This document shows, one piece after another, positions 1-12,300 of a DNA stretch of 64,000 bases. Both the position numbers and the translations under genes were made by a program. Under the pieces are notes generated by a model that was not told the origin of the DNA, did no database searches, and saw only the letters and a list, made by a program, of their open reading frames with translations. The first letter of the stretch is position 1. The number at the start of each line of letters is the position of its first letter. Origin of the DNA: Camelus dromedarius (Eukaryota); NCBI RefSeq assembly GCF_036321535.1, contig NC_087447.1:42410001-42474000 (forward strand), in the 5' to 3' direction.

Positions 1-3000
1 GTCAATATTGTTGATTTTTTTGAAGAACAAGCTTTTGGTTTTATTGATTTTTCTCTGTTGTTTTTCTATTCCGTATTGCACTTGTCTTCATTCTGTTCTA
101 TATTATTTCCTGTCTACTGCTAGCTACTGGTTTAGTTTGCTCCTTTTCCTAGTTCCTTAAGGTGTAAAATTACTTTATTGATTTACTTTGCCACTCTCTC
201 TACTATATATATAGACATTATTAATATTCACTATTTTATCTTACAGTACAATTGATTTTTTACAGTACTGTTCTATGAATTTTAGCAAATATACAGATTC
301 ACAAAACCAACATCATAATCAGGGTACAGAACTACTTGTTCTGTTAATTACTTAGAGATGAGTGGGGAAATCTCCAACTATAATTATGACTTGTGTATTT
401 ATTTCTTTCAGAAATGTTGCCAGCAATGCAAAGAATTTTTTTCTTGAATCATTTGAGTGGGAGTTGTTGATATAATATGTAAAGTTACTCTTTTTCCTTT
501 CATAATTAATATTTTTAAGATAGATACTTTGAAACTACATAAATATTCTATTTTCATCAAACTTTTAATTTAGTCATTGACTTTTTTATTAATATAAATT
601 CATGATTTCATATTTTATGCAATGGGGTATAGTCTCTTAATATCAGTATTTATTTTCCAGCTCAAATTATACCCAAATTGGCCATTGAAGCCTCTTCAAG
701 CTGGCTCTTGTCCTTTTGGTATGCCCCTGTCATTTTTTGAGCTCTTCCTTGTTTCTTGCACAAGATGTTCCAGATTCATCTTGTATTTTTCCATGCTCCA
801 ACCCTGTAATCAGCCATATCTCTAAGAAATGGAGAATATTACTTAGAAACAGGATCTTGGCACTAAGTATGTTCATTGTCCATGAGGCGTCACTGCCCCA
901 GGCCCTTTGGGTCGACACACTCGTTTACATTTGTACTCATTCCTACTTCTGTCTGTCCATCTGTCTGACTATCTATCTGTTTTCATCTATATGTCTATTG
1001 AAAACCATGATGTCAGACTAATACTTCCAATTTCAATACCTCCAACATTACAAGTTTCATTCTACTTTTCTCCCTTTCCATGTTTCTAATGATGATAGTA
1101 AGAAAACTCAGGCTTTTATTATCCCTAACATTTTTACTTATTTTTTAAGTCAATCTACTAGTTTGTAACCAATCCCTTTTTGCTACACTCTTCTCTCTCC
1201 TGTGCAGATGCCCACCTTATCCCACTTGAACTCCAGTACCTCACACCAGGTTGCCCTATGTGGATGCACTTTTCACCCAGTTTTGACTCTTGACTCCTGG
1301 TACTAGGGTAGTGTCATCACTGCCCCCTGTGGATACTCCTTTCTCTTCCTTTGGCTTTGACAATCTGCTTTGAGCCGCCCCTTCCTGGGGATACCCTTGT
1401 CCCCTGATGTGCAGAAATGAGTTAATATACCAGCCTTGAGCCTGTCATCCCTAGGAGGGTGTGTATGCAAGGTTGGCCCTAGGCTGGCATCTGGTACGTT
1501 GGATTTCAGGAAGGTTCATACCATTCCATTCTGATAACAGTGGTTCACTGTGCCTAGACTGTTCGTATGAATAATGTGGTTTATGCTGAACAAGTGCTTT
1601 CCTTGTGTGAATCTGGAATTTTGGTACATGCTAGGTATGGAATGCCTTTGTGACCAACTTGCAATAAAAACCTTGAGTGCTGAGTCTCTAATGAGCTTCC
1701 TGGTAGACAACATTTCACGCATGTTGTCACAATTTGTTGCTGGAGGAACTAAGCATGTTCTGTGTGATTCCACTGGTAGAGAACTCTTAGAAGCTTGTGC
1801 TGTGCTTGGTTTCTTTGAAATTTGCCCCATACACCTTTCCTTTTGCTGATTTTGGTTTGCATCGTTTTGCTGTAATAAATCATAGCCTTGAGTATGACTA
1901 TGTGCAGAGTTCTGCAAGTTAATCATTGAACCTGGGAGTGGTTTTGGGGACCTCTGACGCACCTGGCTTGGGCTCTGAAACCCCACTGAACTGCCTCTCT
2001 ATAAGGACACTCCCCACTCTGCTTGGGTTTTACACCCCTATGTAGAACCAGTCCCCTCATTCTGTCTGGGCTCTGATACCCTACACCAGGCTGCCCCACT
2101 TCAGGGACACTTCAGGTGATGTCCTCACACCACTCGTTTCCAGTTTTTAGCTACTATGACTAAAGCTGCTGTGAATATTTGTGGTGTAAGTCTTTTTGTC
2201 TACATGTATTTTTAACTATACTTAAGAGTGGCACAGCTGGGTCATAAAGTAAGTGCCTGTTTTGTTTTACAAGAAATTGCCAAAACTTTTTCCAAAGTGG
2301 TTATACCATTTAACACTCCCACCAATGATACATGATTACCAATTACCCTATAAAAACTATATAATGAAGAAATAAGTCTTTTACTGTTACCTATTTTTGG
2401 CACTCTTCATTCCTCTGTAGGTCTGCATTTTCTTCTGCCATCATTTTCCTTCGACATTTCTTGTATTTTAAGTATGCTGATGACAAACCTCTCAGCTTTC
2501 GTTTAACTGAAATATCCTTCTTTCACCTTTGTATTTGAAGATATTGCTGCTGTATTTAAAATTCTCAGTCCACAGTTTTGAATTTCTTTTCTTTAAACAA
2601 TCTAAGGCAGTTGTTCCATTTTCTTCTTATTTGCATTTTTTTTAACAAGAAGTTTGCATTCATTCTTACTGTTGTTCCCCTGAATGAAATGTGTCTTTTC
2701 CTCCAACTCCCTTCTGGCTGTTCCAAAGATTTTCTGTTCATTTTTGCCTGTCAGTATCATTATGACATGTCTAAGTGTGTTTTTCTTTATGCTTATCCTG
2801 CTTGGGGTTCAATGAACTTTTTGATCTTTGAGCTTATTGTTTTCAACAAATCTGAAAAAAAAATTAGCCATTATTTTAAAAAGTACTTCAAATATCCAAA
2901 TTTTTCTCTTCTTTCTTTCTAAAATTCTGATTAGACATATGTTGGACTCAGCCTTTTTCTGTCTGTGCTACAATTTGAAGGAATTCATTTGGTATGTCTT

Positions 3001-3360
3001 TAAATTCACTGGCTTTTTCTTTTGTAGTGTCTAAGTTGATTTTAAACCTGTGGAGTTAATTTTTCACTTCAGATACTGTATTTTTTAGTCCTAGAATTTC
3101 TATTTTGTTCTGTTTTATGGGTTACATTTCTTTATTGATACTTCTCACTTGTCTCATTATTGTTCATGGTTTCCTTTAAATCATTGAACATACTCATAAC
3201 AGCTTTCTTAAAAAGTCCTTCCTGGGTCTCTATTGATTGATTTTTCTTCTGATCATGGGTTACCTTTCCCTGCATATTTAAATGTCTGGTAATTTTAGAT
3301 TACATGCTGAACATTGTGGATTCCATGCTACAGAACTTCTTGATTTTATTTTCTTTTTCA
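1..3360 (-). mobile_element. Mosaic of old L1 fragments (L1M-type), interrupted by the LTR
   Basis: T-rich antisense L1-like stretches, e.g. 2140-2340 'ctgctgtgaatatt...gctgggtcata...ttttccaaagtggttataccatttaacactcccaccaa'. Confidence 0.55.
1408..1961 (+). mobile_element. Solo ERVL LTR, MER68/MER21-like
   Basis: Starts TGTGCAGAAATGAGTTAA and ends GGGGACCTCTGACGCA (TG..CA termini). Internal AATAAA. Near-perfect 5-bp target-site duplication CCTGA/CCTGG. Resembles the MER68 consensus as I recall it. Confidence 0.75.
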
Positions 3361-3701
3361 AAAAACTTGAGCTTTGGCACAGCAAAGTAAATCAGTAAAT
3401 CATCAACAGAATGAAAAGGCAACCTACTGAATGGGAGGAGTTATTTGCAAATCATATATCTGATAAAGGGTTAATATCCCCAATTTATAATGAACTCACA
3501 CAATAACAAAAACAAACAACCCAATTGAAAAATGTGCAGAAGATTTGAATAGACATTTTTCCAAAGAAGACATACAGGTGGCCAACAGGCACATGAAAAG
3601 ATGTTCAACATCACTAATTATCAGAGAAATGCAAATCAAAATCACAATGAGATATCACCTCACACCTGTTAGAATGGCTATCATAAAAAAGACAAGAAAT
3701 A

Positions 3702-3882
3702 GGAGGGAGGGTATAGCTCAGTGGTAGAGTGCATGCCTAACATGCATGAGGTGATGGGTTCAAGCCTCAATATTGCCATTAAATAAATAAATGAATAAAC
3801 CTAATCACCCTCCCACAAAAAAAGATAAATTTTAAAAAGTTTTATATAAAAAATTGAAAAGAAATGCCTTAAAAAAAAAAAG
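3702..3882 (+). mobile_element. tRNA-derived SINE (camelid vic-1 type)
   Basis: GGGTATAGCTCAGTGGTAGAG A-box, GGTTCAAGCC B-box, AAAT/CCTAAT..CCC tail, poly-A, target-site duplication. Confidence 0.85.
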
Positions 3883-3896
3883 AGACAAGAAATAAA

Positions 3897-3991
3897 GGGG
3901 AGGGTGTAGCACATGCTTAGCATGCATGAGGTCCTGGGTTCAATCCTCAGTGCTTCCATTAAAAAAAAAAACCTAATTACGCCCCCCCCCC
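3897..3991 (+). mobile_element. tRNA-derived SINE (vic-1 type) with the A-box deleted
   Basis: GGGGAGGGTGTAGC, deletion, then ACATGCTTAGCATGCATGAGGTCCTGGGTTCAATCC...CCTAATTAC. Confidence 0.85.
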
Positions 3992-5854
3992 TAAAAAAGA
4001 CAAGAAATAATAAGTATTGCAGGGCATGTGAAGAAAAGGGAACCCTTGTACACTGTTGGTGGGGATGTAAATTGGTGCAGCCACTATGGAAAACAGTATG
4101 GAGGCTCCTCAAAAAATTAAAAATAGAACTGACATGTGATCTAGCTATTCTACCTCTGAGTATTTATTCAAAGAATACAAAAGCACTGATTAAAAAAGAA
4201 AGATATATACACCCCTGTATTCACTGAGGCATTATTTACAATAGCTCTATTTAGGCTACCCCTTCTTGTGCTGTGGTTCAGAAAGTGCCTCTAGGCGAAA
4301 AGTCATGTGATCATGAGACTCTTGTCTCTCTTCTCTCAAGGGTCATAGTCCTTGACTGACTATTGTTTAGTATCTAAAAACAGTTGTTTCCGATATTTTG
4401 TCTGGTTTTCTAGTTGTTTGCAGTGGGAAAGCTGGTCTGGTACCAATTACTTTGTCACGGCTAGACAGGGAAATCTCAAATTGGCTTTTGGCTTTGTATT
4501 ATATTTTAAGAGGCTTTCCCAGTGATTTTTCTTGCGGAGGGTCAATAGTGACTTGGAAGGAAGTATGAAGTATTCTGGATGTTGACACCTCCCCTGTTGA
4601 GTTTGTGAATATTCAGCAAGCTGCAAACTTAAATTATGCCCATATTTCTTTATATATAATACATTCCCTTATTCCAATATTGACTTAGATTCTCAAAAAA
4701 GTTTTTTAACTTTTATTAGATAAATATTTGCTATGCTTGCACAAAGATAAACCTCCAGGGCCTGTGAGTCAAGATTAAAAGCAGAAAAGGATGGTGTTTG
4801 CTCTAGAGATTAGGGGGCAAAAGGGAGGAGCTGACAATAAGAAGCAAGAACAGAAATGTCTAAAAGAATTTATTTACTGTCTCTCTGTTTCTCCTCAAAC
4901 AATTCAATGATCCCCACATTGTTCATTATTGTTTTGTGGAGTGAATTTTTCTTTAGGTGTGTGATGAAGTGCTTAATTCTGTTTTAAGGTTGCACAAGGG
5001 TAAAATCAGAGGCTTTCTTATAGTTTATACTAAGAGAGGTCTTTTGCCTGAGATGATAAAAAGTTTTTTCTATTTTTTCTTTCTGTATTTTCATAGTTCT
5101 TATTAAATTTAAAGGCTTAATTATCTGATAATGAATTTTGTACATAGTATATGATATCTGACTTAAAAAATTGATTAGACAATTATCCTAGTACCATTTA
5201 TTGACTAACTGATCTTTTTTCCTTCTGATTTAAAATGCTTCCTTTATCATGTATTGATCCTTATGATTATATGGGTCTATTTGTACCTACATTTTTCTTG
5301 ATCCAGTACACCTCTGTTTTAATTACTTTATAATATTTTTATATTTGCTGGTGCAGATCTACCACCCTTAGTCTTCTTTTTTCATTTGAGCATTTAACTA
5401 TCTAGTGATCATATGCATTTGGGGAGCTTTCATGTAACACAAAGGCATTCACTATACAAAAATATACTGAGAAAGGAACCATGCTGGATCACAAAGGGGT
5501 TTATAGTCTGGTGGCAGATATTAAATAAATAATTAATATAATTAGGTAATTACTAAGATAAAATCAATCCAGGGGAGGAGGTGCCTGTCATGATTGGTAC
5601 CTTTAAGACAACTCTTCAAGGATAAGCAGTAATTGATCAAAGGGAAACACTGGGGAGAAGACATTGAGGGCAGAGGGATAACAATATTCCAAGGGCACAG
5701 TAGCACAAATGAGTATGGCATGTTCAGGGTATTATATGTGGTTCAGAATGGTTTCTTTCATTCATTTATTTGTTTATTCATGTTGGATTCAGAGTCAGCT
5801 AGACCATATGAGCTTGTGTCAGATCATGAAGGCCTTCAAGATTGTCTCTTAGAA

Positions 5855-5893
5855 GGGGGAGAGGGTATAGCTCGACTGGTAGAGTGCATGCTT
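5855..5893 (+). mobile_element. 3'-truncated vic-1-type SINE head within L2-like sequence
   Basis: GGGGGAGAGGGTATAGCTCGACTGGTAGAGTGCATGCTT. Confidence 0.65.
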
Positions 5894-7517
5894 TCAAATT
5901 AATTGAATTTAATGAATATTAAAAGAGAATTCTTAGGTTTCTGACTTGAGCAAAAGGGGAGCTGATGGTGCCATCTCCTAAAACTGTGAATACAAGAAGT
6001 GTTTAAAGTTTGGAAGGCTAAAGTTGATTTCAGATTGGGATGTTCTGAGTTTGAGGTGCTTGTGGTACACCCTAGTATAAATGTCTAATAAGCTTTATGT
6101 GTATAATTCTTGTGTTTGAAATAAACATTTGTCACCTATGTACATATAAGTGGTTGTTAAAGTCATGGCCAAGATTGCCTGGAAAAAGACTGTAGACTGA
6201 GAACAGATATCTTGGAGAAATGTCAGTATTTAAGGGAAAGGGAAAAGAGTTTCCTTCAAAAAAGTTTACAAAGAGGTCAGAGAATTGTCATGGAAACCAC
6301 AACAGAGAGAGCAGTTAATGTATTAAGCAATGGAGAGAGGTAACAAATGACTAAAAATACAATCCAGTGAAAAGAATCTCACTGGTGACTATAAGGAGAT
6401 GAGTTTCAGGTGAGAAAAGGTGATAGAAGTCAGGAAGTGAGGAAGTATAGATAGACAGTATCCAAAACAAAATTCAGCATCCTTCCCTCCAATGTGACTC
6501 TTCTTCCTGTAATCTTAAGCACAAATATTTCCCTCAGCCTCCTAAACTAGAAATTCTCTAACACCTAACCCTTTTCCTCTCACTTAGTATTCTTGTCTAA
6601 TTAGGGCATTAGTTCCTAGATTCCTTAAAATTTCTAATATTCCAGAAGGAAAAAACCCAAATATCATGATTGTCTATTGGATTGGTGGTATTAGAGATGA
6701 TTTTTATGTTTCTCTGATAGTTTGCTTTTTCAATATTTTTCTGGAATAACTAGCGTGTATTTACTCATATAATTAAAGTAATAAAAGTTTTCAAATAATT
6801 TCTCTTATACATCATCTTATATCTGACATCATCTCTGTTTCCAGTCCACCATCCTGGGTCTAGCCAGGATTATCACAGTAACTTCTTAGATTCTCCTTCT
6901 GCTGCTAGAGTGGCATGCCTCCAATTCTGTCACTGGACAGTCAGAATAAGATTTGTAAATACAAATCTTAATAGTTTCTCCAGTTAAAAGTTCTTCCATG
7001 GCTTCAGACATCTTTGAGGATTAAGTTCAAACTTCTAGCACTTTGTGATAATAGCCTTGTCTTATCTCATCTCACTTCTTTCCATTCTCCTATGCTTGAA
7101 GCTTTCTTTCAAAAATAAGCAGTAGCTCCTAGCATTTGCAAAAGCTGTTTTCTCCTTTCCTTTGTTAATTTCCACTCACCCTTTAAATCAGTTTAAGAAT
7201 CTTTCTTCCTAGGAGACATTTGCTGCAGCTCCATTCTAATTTAGACGCTCCTCTCTGCTGTTGCAATCTATTCACCTCTCAATAAGTGTCATCACACTGT
7301 ATTAATGAAGTTGTTCATCTTTTCCTAATTTGTCGCCTATTTAAGTATTCTTCTACGAATTTTCTGTTCATATCCTTTCACTACTTTTCTGTTGTGCTTT
7401 TCTTATTGATTTGTAGTAATTCTTATTTATGTGGCAAGTATTTTTTCTCAGTCTGTTCCTAGGTTTTAGAATTTATTTTTTGGTGTTTTTGGTGTACTTA
7501 AAAAACTTTTTTTAGCA

Positions 7518-7670
7518 GGGAGCTTATATAGCTCAAAGTGGTGGAGCATGGGCTTAGTGTGCACAAGGTCCTGGGTTCAATCCTCCGTACCTCCTCTAAA
7601 AAAAGGTAAATAAATAAATAAACCTAATTATCCCCCCCCCGAAAAAAGAAAATTATAAAATTAAAAAAGA
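7518..7670 (+). mobile_element. tRNA-derived SINE (vic-1 type)
   Basis: TATAGCTCAAAGTGGTGGAG..GGTCCTGGGTTCAATCC..AAATAAAT..CCTAATTATCCCC; flanked by imperfect AAAA(C/T)TTTTTTTAG duplication. Confidence 0.85.
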
Positions 7671-7869
7671 AAATTTTTTTTAGTAAAATGTATCAAGTGT
7701 TTAGAAATAGTTATGCATTTTGCTCAGGAAGACCTCTATACTAAAGATACAAATTTACTTGCTTATGTATTTCTTCTAATATTTTGTTTTTCATAGGTAT
7801 CTCTTGGAATTTGTTTTTGGGTAAGCATTGTCCACATTATTAGTCTCTTCATAATTTTCTATGGTTGAA

Positions 7870-8110
7870 AATCTATTCAACAAATTTACTGAATGCCCAC
7901 TTAGGTGCTGGCACTGTCAGCTGTTGGAAGATACAATGGTGAACAAAAAGATAAGACCCCTTACCTTCTAGAGGTGGAGACAGACAATAAACAAGTAAAC
8001 AAGTAATCCAAATAATTATTGCTTTTGATAATGACCATGATGGAATTAAATGGGAAGCTACCTCTTAAGAGTGGTCACTGAAAGTCTTAATGTAAGGAGG
8101 CAGAGGATCT
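7870..8110. mobile_element. L2 3'-end fragment
   Basis: 'ttcaacaaatttactgaatgcccacttaggtgctggcactgt...gatacaatggtgaacaaaa...gagacagacaataaacaagtaaac', typical of the L2 terminus. Confidence 0.65.
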
Positions 8111-9110
8111 GTACATAAAACAGTTCCATTGACTGACTCTCCCATCCTTTACTTAACAAATTTTCTTTAGTGTTGGGGTTTTAGATTGCTTCTGCACTTA
8201 TCATTATGCTAACAAATAATTCAGTTAGGAATACCTTCCCCAGTATGTTTATTCCCATGGAATAGTCTCCTAGAAATGCAATTACTGGATAGGAACAATC
8301 AGTATTTTTATACACATTGCCAAGTTGCTTTCAAAAGGGAATCCCAATACACTCACCAATGAGTAAGCTGAATACCGCTCTGAGAGGTAGGAGTGGAAAA
8401 AGTAACTATCAAAAAAGGTACGTTTGGGCTCAGCAAAAGGAAAAGATGAATGAACTGACCTGGATTCACAAGTGAGGGGTAGCAGAGTGATGACATGGGA
8501 AAGCTTTTGCTTGGGAACAAGAAAACCGGATTGGATTCTAAATCCATTTCGGCCACCCTGTGACCTTCACAGGTTATAGCTCCTCCCTGAGCATTAGATT
8601 CCTGAAACTCAGTGGGTTCGGTTCAGGCTTTATGTTTTCCAACATCTTCAGGCCAAGAATTGTCTAGTCCCTATAGGTTAGAGCCAGTTGGTGGAATTGG
8701 TGGAGAAGGCAGTAGGTTGAACAGACGTCCATTGCGAAACGCCGACTAATCATTCCCAGGCACTTCCGGCCGCCAGAACAAAGGGATTGAAGTCTCCGTG
8801 CCCGCACTTCCGGGTAATTAAAGCTGCGCATTAGACGCCTGCGTCCATGAGTCACACAGGCTGACGCTCATGCGGCGACTGCGCATGCTCCGCGCAGTCA
8901 CGAAGCGGGGCGGGGCAGCAAATGGGGTGGGCAGGGATCCTGACTTGTCTCGCGGTTACTGGGCGCGCGCTGGCGCGCGAGGCTCGGGGGCGGTGTGGGG
9001 CGGGGCCTAGGGCGAATAGGCGCTGCGGGTCTCAGCTCGGCGTCGCTGCTCCGCTGTGCTCGCGGAGCTAAGGTCGTCTCAGGTTAGGTGGTCGCCCCGG
9101 AAGTGCCTGC

Positions 9111-9137
9111 GGCTGTGGCTGTGGCTGTGGCTGTGGC
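9111..9137 (+). repeat. (GGCTGT)4 hexamer repeat near the TMEM41B TSS / 5'UTR
   Basis: ggctgtggctgtggctgtggctgtggc. Confidence 0.85.
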
Positions 9138-9221
9138 CCCTGGGTGTTGTAAGGAGCCTGCGGCGGAGTTGTTAAGGGGGCTCGGCACCATCCTGCTTCC
9201 TCCACCTTCCCTGCAGCAGCC

Positions 9222-9342
9222 ATGACGAAAGGCAGAGTCGTCGAAAGATCGCAAACAGAGGCAATCCTTACGACCCCTCCGGAGGAGAAGGCAGCGGGGA
9301 CGCGGGGTCCCTCGGCGCCGGGCAGCGGAGACCACCTGAAGG
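9222..9342 (+). CDS. TMEM41B: TMEM41B coding exon 1 (MTKGRVVERSQTEAILTTPPEEKAAGTRGPSAPGSGDHLK)
   Basis: gccATG at 9222 inside the CpG island; donor G|GTGAGT at 9343; 121 nt. Confidence 0.93.
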
Positions 9343-12300
9343 GTGAGTAGACCTGAGAACCAGAGCTGGGGCTGGCCCAGAGGCGGCAGTGTGCCGGGAG
9401 GGGCTTCGGAGGAGAAAGACCCCAGCGGGTCCCCGGGATTTGCGGAGGACGGGGCCCTGTTGGCACCCAGGGACGGGAGCGGAGAGAGTGGGGGACCTAG
9501 GCTCCGGCCGCTGCCCACCACAAGGCCGGACACACCTAGTAGGTTCGTAAATGCTTTTTTTTTAGTTAAATTCAATTAAAAGAAATGACACTGGCTTGTT
9601 GACTGTCAGGGAGATTGTATGGTTGGTAATTTTGAAACTAGGCAGAACTGGGAGAAACGTTAACATTCGTTGCTTTATTTTGAAAGATGAGGAAACTGAG
9701 GCCCAGAGTGGATAAATAACTTGGACGAAGTCACAAAGCCAGATTAGTAAAGTAGTGGCTAAAAGAAAAGATTTATCTATGCCCAGGTACCACTTCCAGG
9801 TGGCAAGAACACTTGGGTTTGAGTTCCTGCTTTACCCCTTTGGACTTTGGATTTGCTATCCTTCCAAAGCTAAGGGTCTGAACTGTACAGCGGGGATGAT
9901 GATAATAATAATAGTATCTACTAAAATTGATGCGTGGATTAAACAAAATAATTCACGTAAAGAATTTTATGTTTGGCCTTTGTGAAGGCTAAATAAATGT
10001 TAGCAATTACTGTTAAAGCTAAGATCTCTTATTCTCAAGCTTTTTCCCCCACTATACCATCCTGGCATTTCTCAGAGCTTTAAATATTATTTTAAGAAAT
10101 AAAAGTATACCTAGAAACTAAATACTTTGATTCCATTTGAGTGTAGTTTTCATTACTTTTCAGCGACTGAAGTGATTAAGTTCTTCAAATGCTTTTAAAG
10201 CCCATCAATTTGTAGAGATCCTATCAAATGGCCATTAGATTGTCTGCAGTTTACTCACACTGATGTGTTTGTTCCACCACCAGTGATGGGTAAAGACAAG
10301 GTCTTTTAAGAGTGCCTAGCAGCATTGTAACTATAGTCAACGATAAAGTATTGTACACTTAAAAACATATTTAAATATGGAGATAATGCTTAATGTACAG
10401 CTGGAATTTTTTTGAACCAGATATAAAACATACGAAAAATTTTAAGTGTCTTGCAGAAAATGTATTTTACTTTCAAATTTAAGATGTCTCCAGTCTAATT
10501 TGGGTCTTTAAGTCTTATATATTTGGATATTTTCCCATCTTATAGACTGTAGAGCTAAATAACTTCAAAAACCCAGAAATGAATTGTTGTCAAAGTATAT
10601 AAATCCACTCTAAATGACAGGAACATTGTTTTGAAAATGCTGCAACTGAGAGTGACAGTAATCCAAGGATTTCCTGAAAAAGTATTTTCCAGATAGGACA
10701 TCACAAAAGATTGTCATTTGCTTTGGGATAGCAGTCAGTTGTTTTATTATTATTATTATTTTTTTACCCTAAAGCTGTTCAGAAAATAAGACCTTGAAAT
10801 CTCCAAAGTGCTTTTACAATTGTTTATCTTATCATTAGAATAGCACATTCAGCACAGTAATTTTTTTTTTTTTTTGATACTGTCAGGTGACTTCTGTGGA
10901 CTATAAATCTATAGGAAGACAGAGGGAAGAGATGTGAAGGCATGACTTCATATAGAGAAGTAGGGTTTGGATCAGTAGAGAGAACGGAGAGGGATTCCTG
11001 GTAGGGGAAACATGAGGCTTGAAGGTTAGTGTGAACCTCTTGTATGTGTCTATAATGAGATAAACTTGTCAGGAGTAGAGGATTTCTTTTGGGTGGTAGT
11101 AGGGAATAATGTTGGCTCTGGTCAAAATGGTGTCAGTAAAAATGGCTTTAAGTCCTAGGCAAGGGAAGTTTTTTGATCCATCCTGTTCATTAATGATTTT
11201 CAGTTTTTTCTTTTTCTTTTCCTCTGCCTCTTTCTGTTTCTGTCTGTTTCTCTCTTAGTGTTAGGAATTCTTTCTTTGGGCAAAAGATTTTGTGGACCCC
11301 CTACATAATAGTGTTTTAAGTTATTTGCTGGTGGCAGTTAGCTGGTGATGTGATGTCATTAGTAACCAGTTAACAACCAGTTTTCCAAGTTATGAAAAAC
11401 AGTTTTTGTTAATTGTAGGAGGTAACTTGGCATTCAAAAGGAAAAAGTTTTGGAGGAAAAAAATTAATAACTTTTGAGAAATACATAGTATTAGAGTGTT
11501 TCTGTAAATTCCACGACACTTTAAGTAAATTTTAATTTTTATTAACTGACACATCTACATAACTTTGACAAGTTGTCGTGTGCATGCTTGAAATATTTTA
11601 CACCCTACATGCAATATTTGGTACGTTTAGTGGATTCCTTGCCTTAACTCTAGTCTGACATCTGAGTCTTATATACTGAGAAACACTGTGGTGATTTGAG
11701 CAAGACAGTAACACTGAAAGTCTAATTCTTGCATGATGAGAACTGGTGAGAGACAAGAGATAATACTACTTGAGAGGCTCTTGGCCTAATCTGTGTGCAA
11801 GAGTGCCTGGACCAGGTGTTTTATTTTCTTTTGTATTGGTTGCCCTGGCTGATCTTTTTATACTTATGTTACTACTACCATTTTTTATAATTAATATGTG
11901 ATTTTTAAAAATTTAATCTCTTGAAATAAAATTTACTTCCAACAATGGATTTTTGTGACCATAAAAAATTTGTTAGCATCCTTGTTAACCACATCCTCAG
12001 GAGAGATGGGTCTTTTGCTTCCTCCAGGGTGGATCATGTAGGTCTAGAAAACACTGAATGTTGAGAACTAGTGGATAAGATGACCAGTAGGAGTCATTCC
12101 TAAGATCTTGTAGATAGACAAAGATTTTGCTTTTCAAAATGTTTTGATATGAAAGTAATAAGAGAAATAGGGAGCTACTACAGAGGCATTAAGGTTAAGT
12201 TTTGATTTTTCAGGATGGATATATACATCTTAGAAGTTAGAGAAAAGGTGCTTTTAGTGGGACGAATTGAAGATACTGGGTGAATGGAGAGAAGAGATCG

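Larger units (their letters stand above)
3372..4247 (+). mobile_element. L1 ORF2 3' fragment interrupted by two SINEs
   Basis: Translates to L1 ORF2 C-terminal motifs [46 protein letters not shown] and [33 protein letters not shown]. Confidence 0.9.
8720..9530 (+). promoter_or_regulatory. CpG-island, TATA-less promoter of TMEM41B
   Basis: Sharp rise in GC and CpG. ETS/GABPA motifs CACTTCCGG at 8761 and 8805 and CCGGAAGTG at 9097. NRF1-like TGCGCATGC at 8880. AP-1 TGAGTCA at 8848. GC boxes GGGGCGGGG near 8907 and 8997. Confidence 0.85.

Noticed and set aside
1516..1986. 156-aa and 91-aa ORFs
   Set aside because: They lie almost entirely inside a solo LTR and show no protein-family features.
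9068..9579. Antisense ORFs of 132 and 163 aa and a sense 78-aa ORF over TMEM41B exon 1
   Set aside because: CpG-island artefacts; the sense ORF starts at the GTG of the splice donor, and the PQ/AT runs come from the hexamer repeat.
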